64,000 nt of DNA, taken from contig CAWJCS010000005.1 in NCBI GenBank assembly GCA_963841435.1, forward strand, positions 1,280,001 through 1,344,000, written 5' to 3'. Position numbers and translations under genes: made by a program. Under the pieces are notes generated by a model. That model worked only from the letters and a program-made list of their open reading frames with translations, was not told the DNA's origin and made no database searches. This document shows, piece after piece, positions 1 to 11,875 of the stretch; positions within the stretch are counted from its first letter, which is position 1; the number at the start of each line of letters is the position of its first letter. Source of the stretch: an uncultured delta proteobacterium. Its GTDB lineage: Bacteria > Myxococcota_A > Polyangia > Polyangiales > Polyangiaceae.

Positions 1-179
1 CCGACCTGGAGCTCCGCGTGCATCACCTTGCCGTCGTGACCTTCGGCGATCCCGCCGCGGAGCGATGCGCCGAAGGCTTTCTTGCAGAACGCCACGAACG
101 CGCGAGCGTCCGGCAGGTTCAGTGACGGGGTAACTGATCGATAGCCTTTGGGGATCGGACGGACCTTCTTCTTTGCCAT
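1..179 (-). CDS. VOC/glyoxalase (PhnB-like) family protein, 3' end outside window
   Basis: Manual translation from ATG at 179: MAKKKVRPIPKGYRSVTPSLNLPDARAFVAFCKKAFGA...DGKVMHAELQVG; GAGGAG RBS upstream; not in ORF track. Confidence 0.85.
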   Translation of the reverse strand, partial: MAKKKVRPIPKGYRSVTPSLNLPDARAFVAFCKKAFGASLRGGIAEGHDGKVMHAELQV

Positions 180-246
180 GTGCTTTTGGTCTCCTCGGGG
201 CAGGGCTCGACCTCATACAGCGAATTCGCCGCCGCTGCATCTCCCC

Positions 247-265
247 ACGATTGTCACACAATCGT
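247..265. promoter_or_regulatory. Perfect inverted repeat, candidate operator
   Basis: ACGATTGT-CAC-ACAATCGT, AT-rich 8-bp arms in the divergent VOC/ettA intergenic region. Confidence 0.5.
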
Positions 266-367
266 CATGAACTCCGCGACGGAACGTGCTTCGGCTGGCG
301 CGGGGCACCTCGGTGAACGACCCGGGCGACGCCCCACCACGCCCGGTGATAAAGGTTGAGCGCGGCG

Positions 368-2044
368 ATGCCCGAATTCATCTTCACCATGCAGGACGTG
401 ACGCGCGTCCACCCACCGGACAAGCGCGTTCTGGAAAACATCACGCTCGCCTTCTTCTTCGGAGCGAAGATCGGGGTCATCGGGACCAACGGCTCCGGCA
501 AGAGCTCGCTCTTGCGCATCATGGCCGGGATCGACAAGGAGTTCTTGGGCGAGGCGCGCCCCGCCGAGGGCATTCGCATCGGCTACTTCGCCCAGGAGCC
601 CGAGCTCGGCAGTGCCCTCACGGTGCGCGAGGCCGTGGACGAAGCGGTGAGCGACATCCGAGGGCTCGTCAAGGAGTTCGAAGACGTCAGCATGAAGCTC
701 GGCGAGCCGATGTCCGACGACGCGATGCAGAAGCTGCTCGACCGGCAGGCCGCGCTCCAGGACAAGATCGACGCCATCGACGCCTGGACACTCGACTCAC
801 GTGTCGACATCGCGATGGAAGCGCTGCGTTGCCCGCCCGGCGACGCGAAGCTCGCGGATCTATCGGGCGGCGAGCGGCGGCGCGTCGCGCTCTGCCGCGT
901 GCTCTTGAGCCGCCCCGACATCCTGCTGCTCGACGAGCCGACGAACCACCTCGACGCCGAGTCGGTCGCGTGGCTCGAGCGCTTCCTCCACGAATACACG
1001 GGCACCGTCGTGGCGGTGACGCACGACCGCTACTTTCTCGACAACGCCGCCGAGTGGATCTTGGAGCTCGATCGCGGACGCGGCCTTCCGTTCAAGGGCA
1101 ACTACTCGTCCTGGCTCGACCAGAAGCAGAAGCGCCTCGCCCAGGAGGAGAAACAGGAAAGCGCCCGCCAGCGCAAGCTCAAGCAAGAGCTCGAGTGGGT
1201 CCAGGCCTCGCCACGCGCGCGGCAGGCGAAGAGCAAGGCGCGCCTCGACGCGTACGAGGAGCTCTTGAAGAATGCCAACAAGGGACCGAGCGACCCGACC
1301 GAGATCGGCATCCCGCCCGGCCCTCGCCTCGGCGACCTCGTCATCGAGGCGGATCATCTGCAGAAGGGCTTCGGCGATCGGCTCCTCATCGACGACCTGT
1401 CGTTCCGCCTTCCGCGCAGCGGCATCGTCGGCGTCATCGGCGCGAACGGCGCCGGCAAGACGACGCTCTTTCGCATGCTCGTGGGGGAGCAGCAGCCGGA
1501 CGGAGGCGCCCTGCGCATCGGCGACACCGTGAAGGTCGCGTACGTCGACCAGTCGCGCGCCTCGCTCGAGGGCAACCACAACGTGTGGGAAGAAATCTCG
1601 GGCGGCGAAGAGAAGCTCGCGCTCGGCAAGCGCGAGGTGGCATCGCGGGCGTACTGTTCCTGGTTCGGCTTTCGCGGCAGCGACCAGCAGAAGAAGGTGG
1701 GAAGCCTCTCGGGCGGTGAGCGCAATCGCGTGCAGCTCGCCAAGCTCCTCAAGGAAGGCGGCAACTTGCTCTTGCTCGACGAGCCGACGAACGATCTCAA
1801 CGTCGACACGCTGAGGGCCCTCGAGCAGGCGCTGCTGGACTTTCCGGGCTGCGCCGTGATCATCACCCACGACCGCTGGTTCCTCGATCGCATCGCGACG
1901 CACATCCTCGCCTTCGAGGGCGACAGCCACGTGGAATGGTTCGAGGGCAACTACCGGGCCTACGAGGAGGACCGGCGCCGCCGCTTCGGCGAGGACGCCG
2001 ACCAGCCACACCGCATCAAGTACAAGAAGCTCAGGCTCGGCTGA
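368..2044 (+). CDS. ettA: Energy-dependent translational throttle protein EttA (ABC-F)
   Basis: MPEFIFTMQ N-terminus, 'FFFGAKIGVIG', two Walker A (GTNGSGKS, GANGAGKT), LSGGE signatures, LLLDEPTN x2, C-terminal PHRIKYKKL. Confidence 0.95.
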   Translation: MPEFIFTMQDVTRVHPPDKRVLENITLAFFFGAKIGVIGTNGSGKSSLLRIMAGIDKEFLGEARPAEGIRIGYFAQEPELGSALTVREAVDEAVSDIRGLVKEFEDVSMKLGEPMSDDAMQKLLDRQAALQDKIDAIDAWTLDSRVDIAMEALRCPPGDAKLADLSGGERRRVALCRVLLSRPDILLLDEPTNHLDAESVAWLERFLHEYTGTVVAVTHDRYFLDNAAEWILELDRGRGLPFKGNYSSWLDQKQKRLAQEEKQESARQRKLKQELEWVQASPRARQAKSKARLDAYEELLKNANKGPSDPTEIGIPPGPRLGDLVIEADHLQKGFGDRLLIDDLSFRLPRSGIVGVIGANGAGKTTLFRMLVGEQQPDGGALRIGDTVKVAYVDQSRASLEGNHNVWEEISGGEEKLALGKREVASRAYCSWFGFRGSDQQKKVGSLSGGERNRVQLAKLLKEGGNLLLLDEPTNDLNVDTLRALEQALLDFPGCAVIITHDRWFLDRIATHILAFEGDSHVEWFEGNYRAYEEDRRRRFGEDADQPHRIKYKKLRLG

Positions 2045-3290
2045 CGGCGGCGCCAGAACGCTGTCGCGCCCTCGCGCCGAGCCACAGGCCGACCCAGAGC
2101 GGCACGAACAGGAACGACACGCGGTAGCCGTCCTGGTGAACGAGGGGCAAGAGCAGCGCCGCGAGGAGCGCCCCCGCGACGAGCACCCGCGAAAGCCGCT
2201 CGACGAAGCAGAGGCTCCGCGCGCGACCCAAAGCGCCGCGCAACGCCGGGACGAGGAGCACGAGCGCCCAGGGCGGCGAAAACAGGAGATTCACGTTGCC
2301 GTGCGTCGCGACGTGCACGTTCGTGACGAGCAAGAGAAGCAACCAAAGCCCGACGAGCCCCGTCACGAGCCCGAGCCCCGCCGTGAGCACACCGAACGCG
2401 GTCCGCGCGGCTCGCCCCTCGCGCCGCCCGAGAAAGAACGCAAGGCCACCGAGCCCGAACCCGACGAGCGCGAAGAACGGCCCGCGCACGGGGGCTCGTT
2501 CGCGCGGCGCGCGCTCGCCGAGAAAGAGCACGCCCTCGCGCGAGACCAAGCGGCCGCCGGGGACACCCGGCAGGCGGACGCCGCGCACCGCCGCCGCGAG
2601 CGTATCGGGCAGGTAGGCGTCGTCCCAGCCGCTCAGCGGGCGATCGGCGAGCCTGCCCAGACCGAGATCGAACGCCAGAAAATAGAGCGGATCGTCGGCC
2701 GTGAGGCGCAGCGCGTGGTCGCGAAACGTACGACCGGACTGCTCGGGAAGCGCCCGGCGGAGCGCCCCCCCGAGCGCGCGATCGAGCGCGTCGCGGACGC
2801 GCGTCGTGCAGTTGTCGTAGGCAAAATCGTAGCGATAGGCGGCGTTCTCGGGGCGCGCGTTGACCGCGAGCGCACGGACGAGCTCGGCCGCGCTCGCGGC
2901 AGGGAGCGCGAGGTGCTGGACGAGGATGGTCCGCCCTTCGCCGCGATACTGCGCGAGGGTGTGCGCGTACGATTCGACCCACAGAAAGTAGCGGAGGTGT
3001 CCGGACAGAATGCGCGGCACCGTGATCGAATCCTCCGTGTACATCCCGAAGTTGTAGACGAGCGGCGGGCTCCCCTCGCGCTCGACGAGCAGCGCGTCGT
3101 GGCCGAACATGCTGACGAGCGAGTCGCCCGGCCCCAGCGTAAGGAGCGAGATTTCGGGCTCGCCCGTGGCGGCGCGCGCCCGCGCGGGCACGAGCGCAAA
3201 AGCAAGCGTCACGAAGAGCGCCGCGAGCACCCGCACGGCTGCGGTGCCTCGCCGCGAGCGGGACGCGGTGCTAGCGAAAGGGCGACTCAA
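2031..3290 (-). CDS. DUF4105 / Lnb-like periplasmic domain membrane protein
   Basis: Signal peptide, 'SLLTLGPG..FGHDAL..YNFG..YRYDFAYDNCTT' motifs, several C-terminal TM helices; exact start uncertain. Confidence 0.8.
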   Translation of the reverse strand: MSRPFASTASRSRRGTAAVRVLAALFVTLAFALVPARARAATGEPEISLLTLGPGDSLVSMFGHDALLVEREGSPPLVYNFGMYTEDSITVPRILSGHLRYFLWVESYAHTLAQYRGEGRTILVQHLALPAASAAELVRALAVNARPENAAYRYDFAYDNCTTRVRDALDRALGGALRRALPEQSGRTFRDHALRLTADDPLYFLAFDLGLGRLADRPLSGWDDAYLPDTLAAAVRGVRLPGVPGGRLVSREGVLFLGERAPRERAPVRGPFFALVGFGLGGLAFFLGRREGRAARTAFGVLTAGLGLVTGLVGLWLLLLLVTNVHVATHGNVNLLFSPPWALVLLVPALRGALGRARSLCFVERLSRVLVAGALLAALLLPLVHQDGYRVSFLFVPLWVGLWLGARARQRSGAAVSRA

Positions 3291-3304
3291 CGTCTCTTGC
3301 TTTC

Positions 3305-4528
3305 ATGCAACATCCTCATTCGACCCCGATCGGCCGCGCCGGCGCCGGAGCCTACACCCGTGCGCGACACTGGCTCTCCATCGGGGCGCTCGTCGGGCTG
3401 GCTGGCCTTTCGGGGCTCACGAGCTGCGGCTCGCGCACGGGGCTCTTCACGCCCGATCCCTGCGAAGAGGAGGGTCGAGAGGAGCCCTGCCAGGGGATCT
3501 GCGGGAGCGGCGTGGTGCGCTGCGAGAACGGCTTCTGGTCGACATGCGTCGTGCCCGAGCAGCGCCGCCCGTGCAACAACGCGTGTGGCACGGGCATCCA
3601 GGCCTGCGTCGACGAAAGCTTTGGGCCCTGCGAGGTCGACCCGGTCACCGAGGAGTGCGACGGGCCCTGTGGCCACGGCTCGCGGACTTGCTCGAACGGC
3701 GCGTGGGAAAAATGCGAGGTCGCCCCGACGAGCATGCCGTGCAAGAACACCTGCGGCGAGGGCGCGCAGCGCTGCGAGGACGGCGTGTTCGGAAGCTGCG
3801 TGGTCAACCCCGTGGCCGTGCCCTGCGAGTCGGCGTGCGGCTCGGGCTTCGAGCGCTGCGAAGACGGCGCCTGGAAGCCCTGCGACGCGCCGCTGCCGAA
3901 CCCACCACGGCTCGAGACGACGGTGCGCGATTTTCACATTTCGCATCCCGACTTCGAGATGGCGACGGGGGCGGGCTCGGAGAAAGGCATCGTTTTCGAC
4001 GACCTCGGGCCGGACGACAAGCCCGTCTATCGGGGCGGTGACAGGGTCGTCCATTCGACGACGAGCAAGGAGAGCTTCGATCAGTGGTACCGCGACGTGC
4101 CGGGCGTCAACTGGCCGACGAGCATCCCCCTGCAGCTCGAGCCGTTGCCGGGCAGGCCGGGTTTTTTCCGCTACACCAACAACCGCTTCTTCCCGATCGA
4201 CGACCAGCTTTTCGGCAACGAGGGTCTGCCGCACAACTACCACTTCACGCTCGAAGCCCACGCCACGTTCAAGTACGTCGGCGGCGAAGTCTTCAGCTTC
4301 ACGGGCGACGACGACATGTGGGTGTTCATCAATCGCCGCCTCGCCATCGACCTCGGCGGCCTGCACCAGCCGCTGTCGGCGACAGTCTCGCTCGACGGGC
4401 TGCAAGGTTCGCACGACATCACGCCCGGCGGCGTGTACCCACTCGACTTCTTCTTCGCCGAGCGCCACACCATCGAGTCGAACTTCACGATCGAAACCTC
4501 GATCGCCGATCAGGGCTCCTGTCCGTAA
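3305..4528 (+). CDS. Fibro-slime (PA14-like) domain lipoprotein with Cys-rich repeats
   Basis: Lipobox LTSC; 'RDF..SHPDFE', 'FFPIDD', 'HNYHFT', 'FTGDDDMWVFIN..LAIDLGGLH', 'FFAERHT'. Confidence 0.9.
   Translation: MQHPHSTPIGRAGAGAYTRARHWLSIGALVGLAGLSGLTSCGSRTGLFTPDPCEEEGREEPCQGICGSGVVRCENGFWSTCVVPEQRRPCNNACGTGIQACVDESFGPCEVDPVTEECDGPCGHGSRTCSNGAWEKCEVAPTSMPCKNTCGEGAQRCEDGVFGSCVVNPVAVPCESACGSGFERCEDGAWKPCDAPLPNPPRLETTVRDFHISHPDFEMATGAGSEKGIVFDDLGPDDKPVYRGGDRVVHSTTSKESFDQWYRDVPGVNWPTSIPLQLEPLPGRPGFFRYTNNRFFPIDDQLFGNEGLPHNYHFTLEAHATFKYVGGEVFSFTGDDDMWVFINRRLAIDLGGLHQPLSATVSLDGLQGSHDITPGGVYPLDFFFAERHTIESNFTIETSIADQGSCP
3461..3883 (+). repeat. Five 28-aa (84-nt) Cys-rich coding repeats
   Basis: C-x3-CG-x-G-x3-C-x4-[WF]-x2-C unit; Cys codons at 3461 and 3881 are exactly 5x84 nt apart. 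Confidence 0.85.
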
Positions 4529-4636
4529 GCGGGCGGGATTGGGGGTGTCGGCGACCGCCGTGCAACGGCGCGCGCGACGAAGGGCGCCGCCTTTTCCACT
4601 TCGCGAAGCGGCACCGAGCGCGCTGGGTGTGCACGA

Positions 4637-5668
4637 TCACAGCACGAGCACGATTTTTCCCGTGCTCGTGCCGGAGTGGAGCATGCGATGCGCCTCGCGC
4701 ACCTCGGCGAACGGCACGGGCGTCACGGGCAGCGGCCGGATCTCGCCGCGCTCGAGCCACCCCATGAGCTCGTTCATGGCCTCGCGAAACAATGCCGTCT
4801 CGTGGAACATGTACGAGAGGTTGAAAGCCAGCACACCGCGGTTCACGTCGACCATCTTGAGCGGATTGAAGCGCGGCGTGCGAAGCAGTCCGACGAGCGC
4901 GTGCAGCAGACCGAGCCGGTCCTTGCCCCGCCCGAGCAGCGAATGAAAGCCGTACACGATGAGCCTCCCGCCGGGGCGGACGTGCCGATAACTCTGCCGT
5001 AGGGTCTCGCCGCCGTTGGCATCGAGCACGACGTGAAAGCCCTCGGGCGCGGCGCGCTCCACGGCTGGCCAGAGCGGCTCGCGACTCTGGTCGATGACGA
5101 CGTCGGCGCCGAGCGCCTCGACGACGGGGACCTTGTGCGACGCGCCGACCACGGCGACGACAACGCACGAGGCGCGCTTCGCGAGCGTGACGAGCGCGCC
5201 GCCCACGCCTCCCGCGGCCGAATGAACCAGCACCCGATAGCCCGGTCGGAGACGCGACAGCTCGGAGAGCGCGTACCACGCCGTGAGGAACGCGACGGGA
5301 AAGCCGGCGGCGACGAGCGGGTCGACCCCGGCCGGTAGCGACACCACCTGCGCCTCGGGTATGCAAAGGTGGCTTGCATAACCACCGAAGCGGGTCAGGG
5401 CGATCACCTGGTCACCTTCGCGAAACGTTTCCACCCCCTCGCCGACGCCGGCGACGACGCCCGACACTTCGAAGCCCGGTGTCACCGGCCACCCCACGAA
5501 TTCGCGCGCGGAACGGTATTGTCCCATCCGGACGACGAGGTCCGCGAAGTTTACCCCGGCGCCTCGTACCTTCACACACACTTCCGCCGCCGCGGGCGCG
5601 GGGTCCGGTCCGTCCTCGACGATGAGGCGATCCACTCCGCCGGGACGGGCGACGACGACTCGCTGCAT
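4637..5668 (-). CDS. Medium-chain dehydrogenase/reductase (VAT-1/quinone oxidoreductase-like)
   Basis: GVNFAD, PGFEVSG, HSAAGGVG NAD(P)-binding motif, C-terminal GKIVL; GGAGG RBS before ATG 5668. Confidence 0.9.
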   Translation of the reverse strand: MQRVVVARPGGVDRLIVEDGPDPAPAAAEVCVKVRGAGVNFADLVVRMGQYRSAREFVGWPVTPGFEVSGVVAGVGEGVETFREGDQVIALTRFGGYASHLCIPEAQVVSLPAGVDPLVAAGFPVAFLTAWYALSELSRLRPGYRVLVHSAAGGVGGALVTLAKRASCVVVAVVGASHKVPVVEALGADVVIDQSREPLWPAVERAAPEGFHVVLDANGGETLRQSYRHVRPGGRLIVYGFHSLLGRGKDRLGLLHALVGLLRTPRFNPLKMVDVNRGVLAFNLSYMFHETALFREAMNELMGWLERGEIRPLPVTPVPFAEVREAHRMLHSGTSTGKIVLVL

Positions 5669-5804
5669 GGCGCCTCCGACTAGCCGCGCCAGGCACAATG
5701 TGCAAATAATGAGTCTGCAGACGTGGTGGCGCGGGCCCACCACGCATGCACGCCCGAGTCCCTCGATCGGGCGTCAGGGAGGGTGGGATCGCCCGAACCA
5801 ACGC

Positions 5805-6803
5805 ATGGCCAAGAACCCAGGCGACAATCTCACGAATGCAGTACGCGAGACGCTCGACAGCGTCGTGTCGCCCAGTGTTAGAAATGAGATCCTCGATCGC
5901 GCGCTCAGGGCAGCCCACCGGCCCAAGCTGCCGAGCGACCGCGAAGAGCTCGGCGACTTCGTGCAGGGTCCGCTCCACGACACGCTCGTGAGCTCGCTCG
6001 GTCAGGAGCTCGGTGCTTCCGTCGCCAGCGAGCTCGAGCGCATTCTCGCCATGGCGGAGCGCACATCGACACGCGAGCCGGTGCCGAACAAGGCCCCGAC
6101 GGTGCGCCCGAAGCGTGCGAGCACGCGCCCGCGCATGCAGGCCGTGCAGAGGAAGGCATCACGCTCCACGCTGCCGTCGCCCGAGGCGCTGCCCCCCGGC
6201 AGCACCGCGGCGCGTGACAGGAACTGGGCCGACAAGGAGCGGCGCGGCATCGCCCCCACACTGCCCGCGACGAAGCGCGTCGTCCCTGGGCAAAAAAGCG
6301 CTCCGCCGATGCACGAGCGCAAGTCCGACACGGAGCCCACCCGGCAACCGCGGCTGCCGGCGTCCACGGACTACCCGCTCGGCACGGCGCGCGCGCTGGG
6401 CGTGATCGGCACCCTCTCGACCGATCCCGTGCGCGGGCACCGACCCACCGTGTTCGTCGCAAGCAGCGACGCCGAGCTCGTGCGCTGCTTCAAGGCTTGG
6501 CTCGATCTGCGCGCCTCGGTGGAACCGGTCGCAGGGGCGGCGCCGTTGCTCGCAGCGCTCGCCGCCTCGGGCGACCGCACCGTGGTGGTGCTCGACGGCA
6601 AGAACCCGGCGATACGCCCGCTGACGCTCGCCGCCCTCGCCGAGGAGCTGCCGGAAACGACGAGCGTGCTCCTGTGGGGGGTGGCCCAGCACGTCGTCGT
6701 GCGCATGTGCGCCATCTCGAGCATCGTCGAGCGCTGGCTCGTCTACGCCGGGCACACGACGGCCGACGAAATGGTCGCGCACTGCGTGAAGATGCTCGAC
6801 TGA
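5805..6803 (+). CDS. Hypothetical protein with C-terminal receiver-like domain
   Basis: ATG 5805; helical N-terminus, basic Pro-rich linker, C-terminal beta/alpha pattern (TVFVASSD..VVVLDG..VLLWG). Confidence 0.6.
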   Translation: MAKNPGDNLTNAVRETLDSVVSPSVRNEILDRALRAAHRPKLPSDREELGDFVQGPLHDTLVSSLGQELGASVASELERILAMAERTSTREPVPNKAPTVRPKRASTRPRMQAVQRKASRSTLPSPEALPPGSTAARDRNWADKERRGIAPTLPATKRVVPGQKSAPPMHERKSDTEPTRQPRLPASTDYPLGTARALGVIGTLSTDPVRGHRPTVFVASSDAELVRCFKAWLDLRASVEPVAGAAPLLAALAASGDRTVVVLDGKNPAIRPLTLAALAEELPETTSVLLWGVAQHVVVRMCAISSIVERWLVYAGHTTADEMVAHCVKMLD

Positions 6804-6851
6804 GCGCGCCGGCTCGGGCGCCGCTCGCCGCGGCCCTCCCGCGTCGCCGGC

Positions 6852-7489
6852 TCATTCGCGCGGCGCGAACGGAAGACCGAACGGCGTGGGGGGCAAGTCC
6901 GGCAAGGGCAGCTCGCGCCGCTCGGCCGTGAAGGTCAGCGCCACGAGCAAGCCGAGGCCGAGAAGGGGGCTGCGGGTGCCGCGGACATCGACCGAGCCGG
7001 TAAGCTCGAGGCCGAGCAACGTCCGGTCGCGCGCCTGGGTCAGGTAGCCCCCGTCGCCCGAAATCACGTCCGGCGGCAGCGACGCCGAGCGCGCCTCTCG
7101 AAACGACTCCGACAGCGTCACGCCGAGGCCGAGCGCGCCGTGCAACCCGAGGTTGCCGAGCACCTTTTCATGCACGCGCTCGATCCCGACGGCCGGCGCG
7201 AGGCTCATGCTCGCGAGAACCGGACCGAGCCAGGGCAGATAGCTCGGCCCCGCGCCGAGCGAGAGGGCCTGGCTGCGCTCGGTCACGAGCGCGCGCGCCT
7301 CGTATTCGAAGGCCGTGATGCTCGCAAAGTCGCTCGTGCCGATGCCGCGGCGCACGACGAGCTCGTCGCCGTACGAGGCGCCCTCGTCGTCCGGGAATGC
7401 TGCCACCGGACCGACGCCGACGCGCGTCACGTTGGTGCACGCACCGGCGAGCAGCGCGAGCCCCACGACGAGGCGCGCGGGCCGAGCGC

Positions 7490-7493
<4 letters not shown>
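6852..7493 (-). CDS. Hypothetical lipoprotein, beta-strand-rich
   Basis: GTG overlapping upstream stop (GTGA 7490-7493); lipobox LLAGAC; alternating hydrophobic strands. Confidence 0.65.
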
Positions 7494-10288
<2,795 letters not shown>

Positions 10289-10466
10289 CTCAGGGCGCGA
10301 CAGCTACCACGCGCCCGCCTACCGCGCGAATGACCTGCTCCCCCGGCGAAAGGGCGGCACCTTCACGCCCGGCATGCTCGCTTCGCTGCGCGTGCCGGGT
10401 GCCCTCCGATCCGTGCTCGCGCGGCCCCACCCCACGGCCACCCACGTCGAGCCGCGCTGCGCGCGG

Positions 10467-11616
10467 ATGAGGGTCCCCTCACGCCGCGCGGGTGGTACTC
10501 ATCCGCACGTGGCTCTTTCCGGCCGCTGCTGCGCACCCGAACCTCGACGACGCGCCCGCGGGACGACGAAGCCGCGCCGACGCGCCCTTTTGCTGCTCCT
10601 TTTCCCCTGCGCGGCGCTCGGCGGATGCCGAGAGCGCGACGAAAGCCTCGCTCGCGGCGCCGGAGGCGCCGCCGTGAGGCCGTCGAGCGGGCCGCCGGCC
10701 CCCGCGTTGCCGAGCGCGTCGTTACCGAGCGGGACGGCGCAAGCGAGCGAAAGCAGCGTCGCGACGCGCGTCATCGATTCTCTTTCCCGAGGGCGTCCCC
10801 GGCCTGCTCGGCGATGCTCCCGACGAGCACGTCGAGGATGGCCGCATCTACGCGGTGAGCCGCCCGACCCTCTCGATGTTCCCGGCCGCGAGCGGGCAGC
10901 CGCCGTACCCGGCGGTGATCGTCTGCCCGGGCGGCGGCTACGTGCGGCTCGCCGTGACCCGCGAGGGCAGCGACCTCACTCGCTACCTCGGCTCGCTCGG
11001 GGTCAGCGCGTTCGTGCTCAAGTACCGCGTGAAGCCCTACCACTATCCCGCGGCGCTCCGCGACGTGCTGCGCGCCGTGCGCTACCTGCGCTCGCACGCG
11101 ACCGAGCTCGCGATCGATCCGGCGCGCATCGGGGTGCTCGGTTCCTCGGCGGGCGGGCACGTCGCCGCCTCGGCCGCGACGCTGTTCGATTCGCCCGACG
11201 GCAAGACGGGCGCCGCGCTCGACGCCGTGAGCGCGAGACCCGACTTCGTGGCGCTGCTCTACCCCGTGATCACGATGCACGATCCCGATGCCCACAAGGG
11301 CTCGCGCTCCGCCCTGCTCGGACCGAAACCCGACCCCACGCTCGTCGAGCAGACGTCACTCGAAGAGCACGTCACGGCGGCAACACCACCGGCGTTCATC
11401 GTGCACACGGCCGAGGATCGCTCCGTGCCGGTCGAGAACGCGCTGCTCTTCTATCGGGCCCTCCGCGCCGCGGGCGTGCCGGCGGAGCTGCACCTGTACG
11501 AAAAGGGTCCGCACGGCTTCGGCATGCGTCGGGATCTCGGGCCCGTTTCGGAGTGGCCTGACCGCTTTGCGTCGTGGCTTCGCTTCCATGGCGTGCTCCG
11601 CGCCCCGCTGCGCTGA
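10467..11616 (+). CDS. Alpha/beta hydrolase (acetyl esterase/BD-FAE-like) lipoprotein, +1 frameshift near 10778
   Basis: CPGGGY, GSSAGGH nucleophile elbow, D..VP, HGFG. Lipobox LGGC lies in another frame; removing one T from GATTC (10776-10780) gives [11 protein letters not shown]. Start codon uncertain. Confidence 0.8.
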
Positions 11617-11618
11617 GC

Positions 11619-11858
11619 CCCGGCCTCTCGTTCGCGCGGGATCTGCGGCGAAATCTCGACGGCGCCGACAACGTCTATCGCAGCATCAATCGCACGATCG
11701 ACGCATTCATCGCCGAGCATCACCTGGGTTCCGGCCGATTCTCGGGTGTCGGTCGCGACGCGGCCCACGTCGTCAACGTGATCGCGGAGCGGATCGCGAG
11801 CGATGTCGAAGCACCCACGCTGCCAGGAGCTCTGCTGCGCGAAAGGCGCGCACCCTGA
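11619..11858 (+). pseudogene. Remnant of flavin-dependent oxidoreductase (MSMEG_0569-like)
   Basis: '[30 protein letters not shown]' joined directly to '[12 protein letters not shown]'; no start codon or FAD-binding N-terminus; family recognised from memory. Confidence 0.5.
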
Positions 11859-11875
11859 CACGCGTCCTTCTGCGA

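Noticed and set aside
2136-4946. 936-aa plus-strand ORF
   Set aside because: Arg/Ala-rich shadow frame overlapping three motif-supported genes; typical of high-GC DNA.
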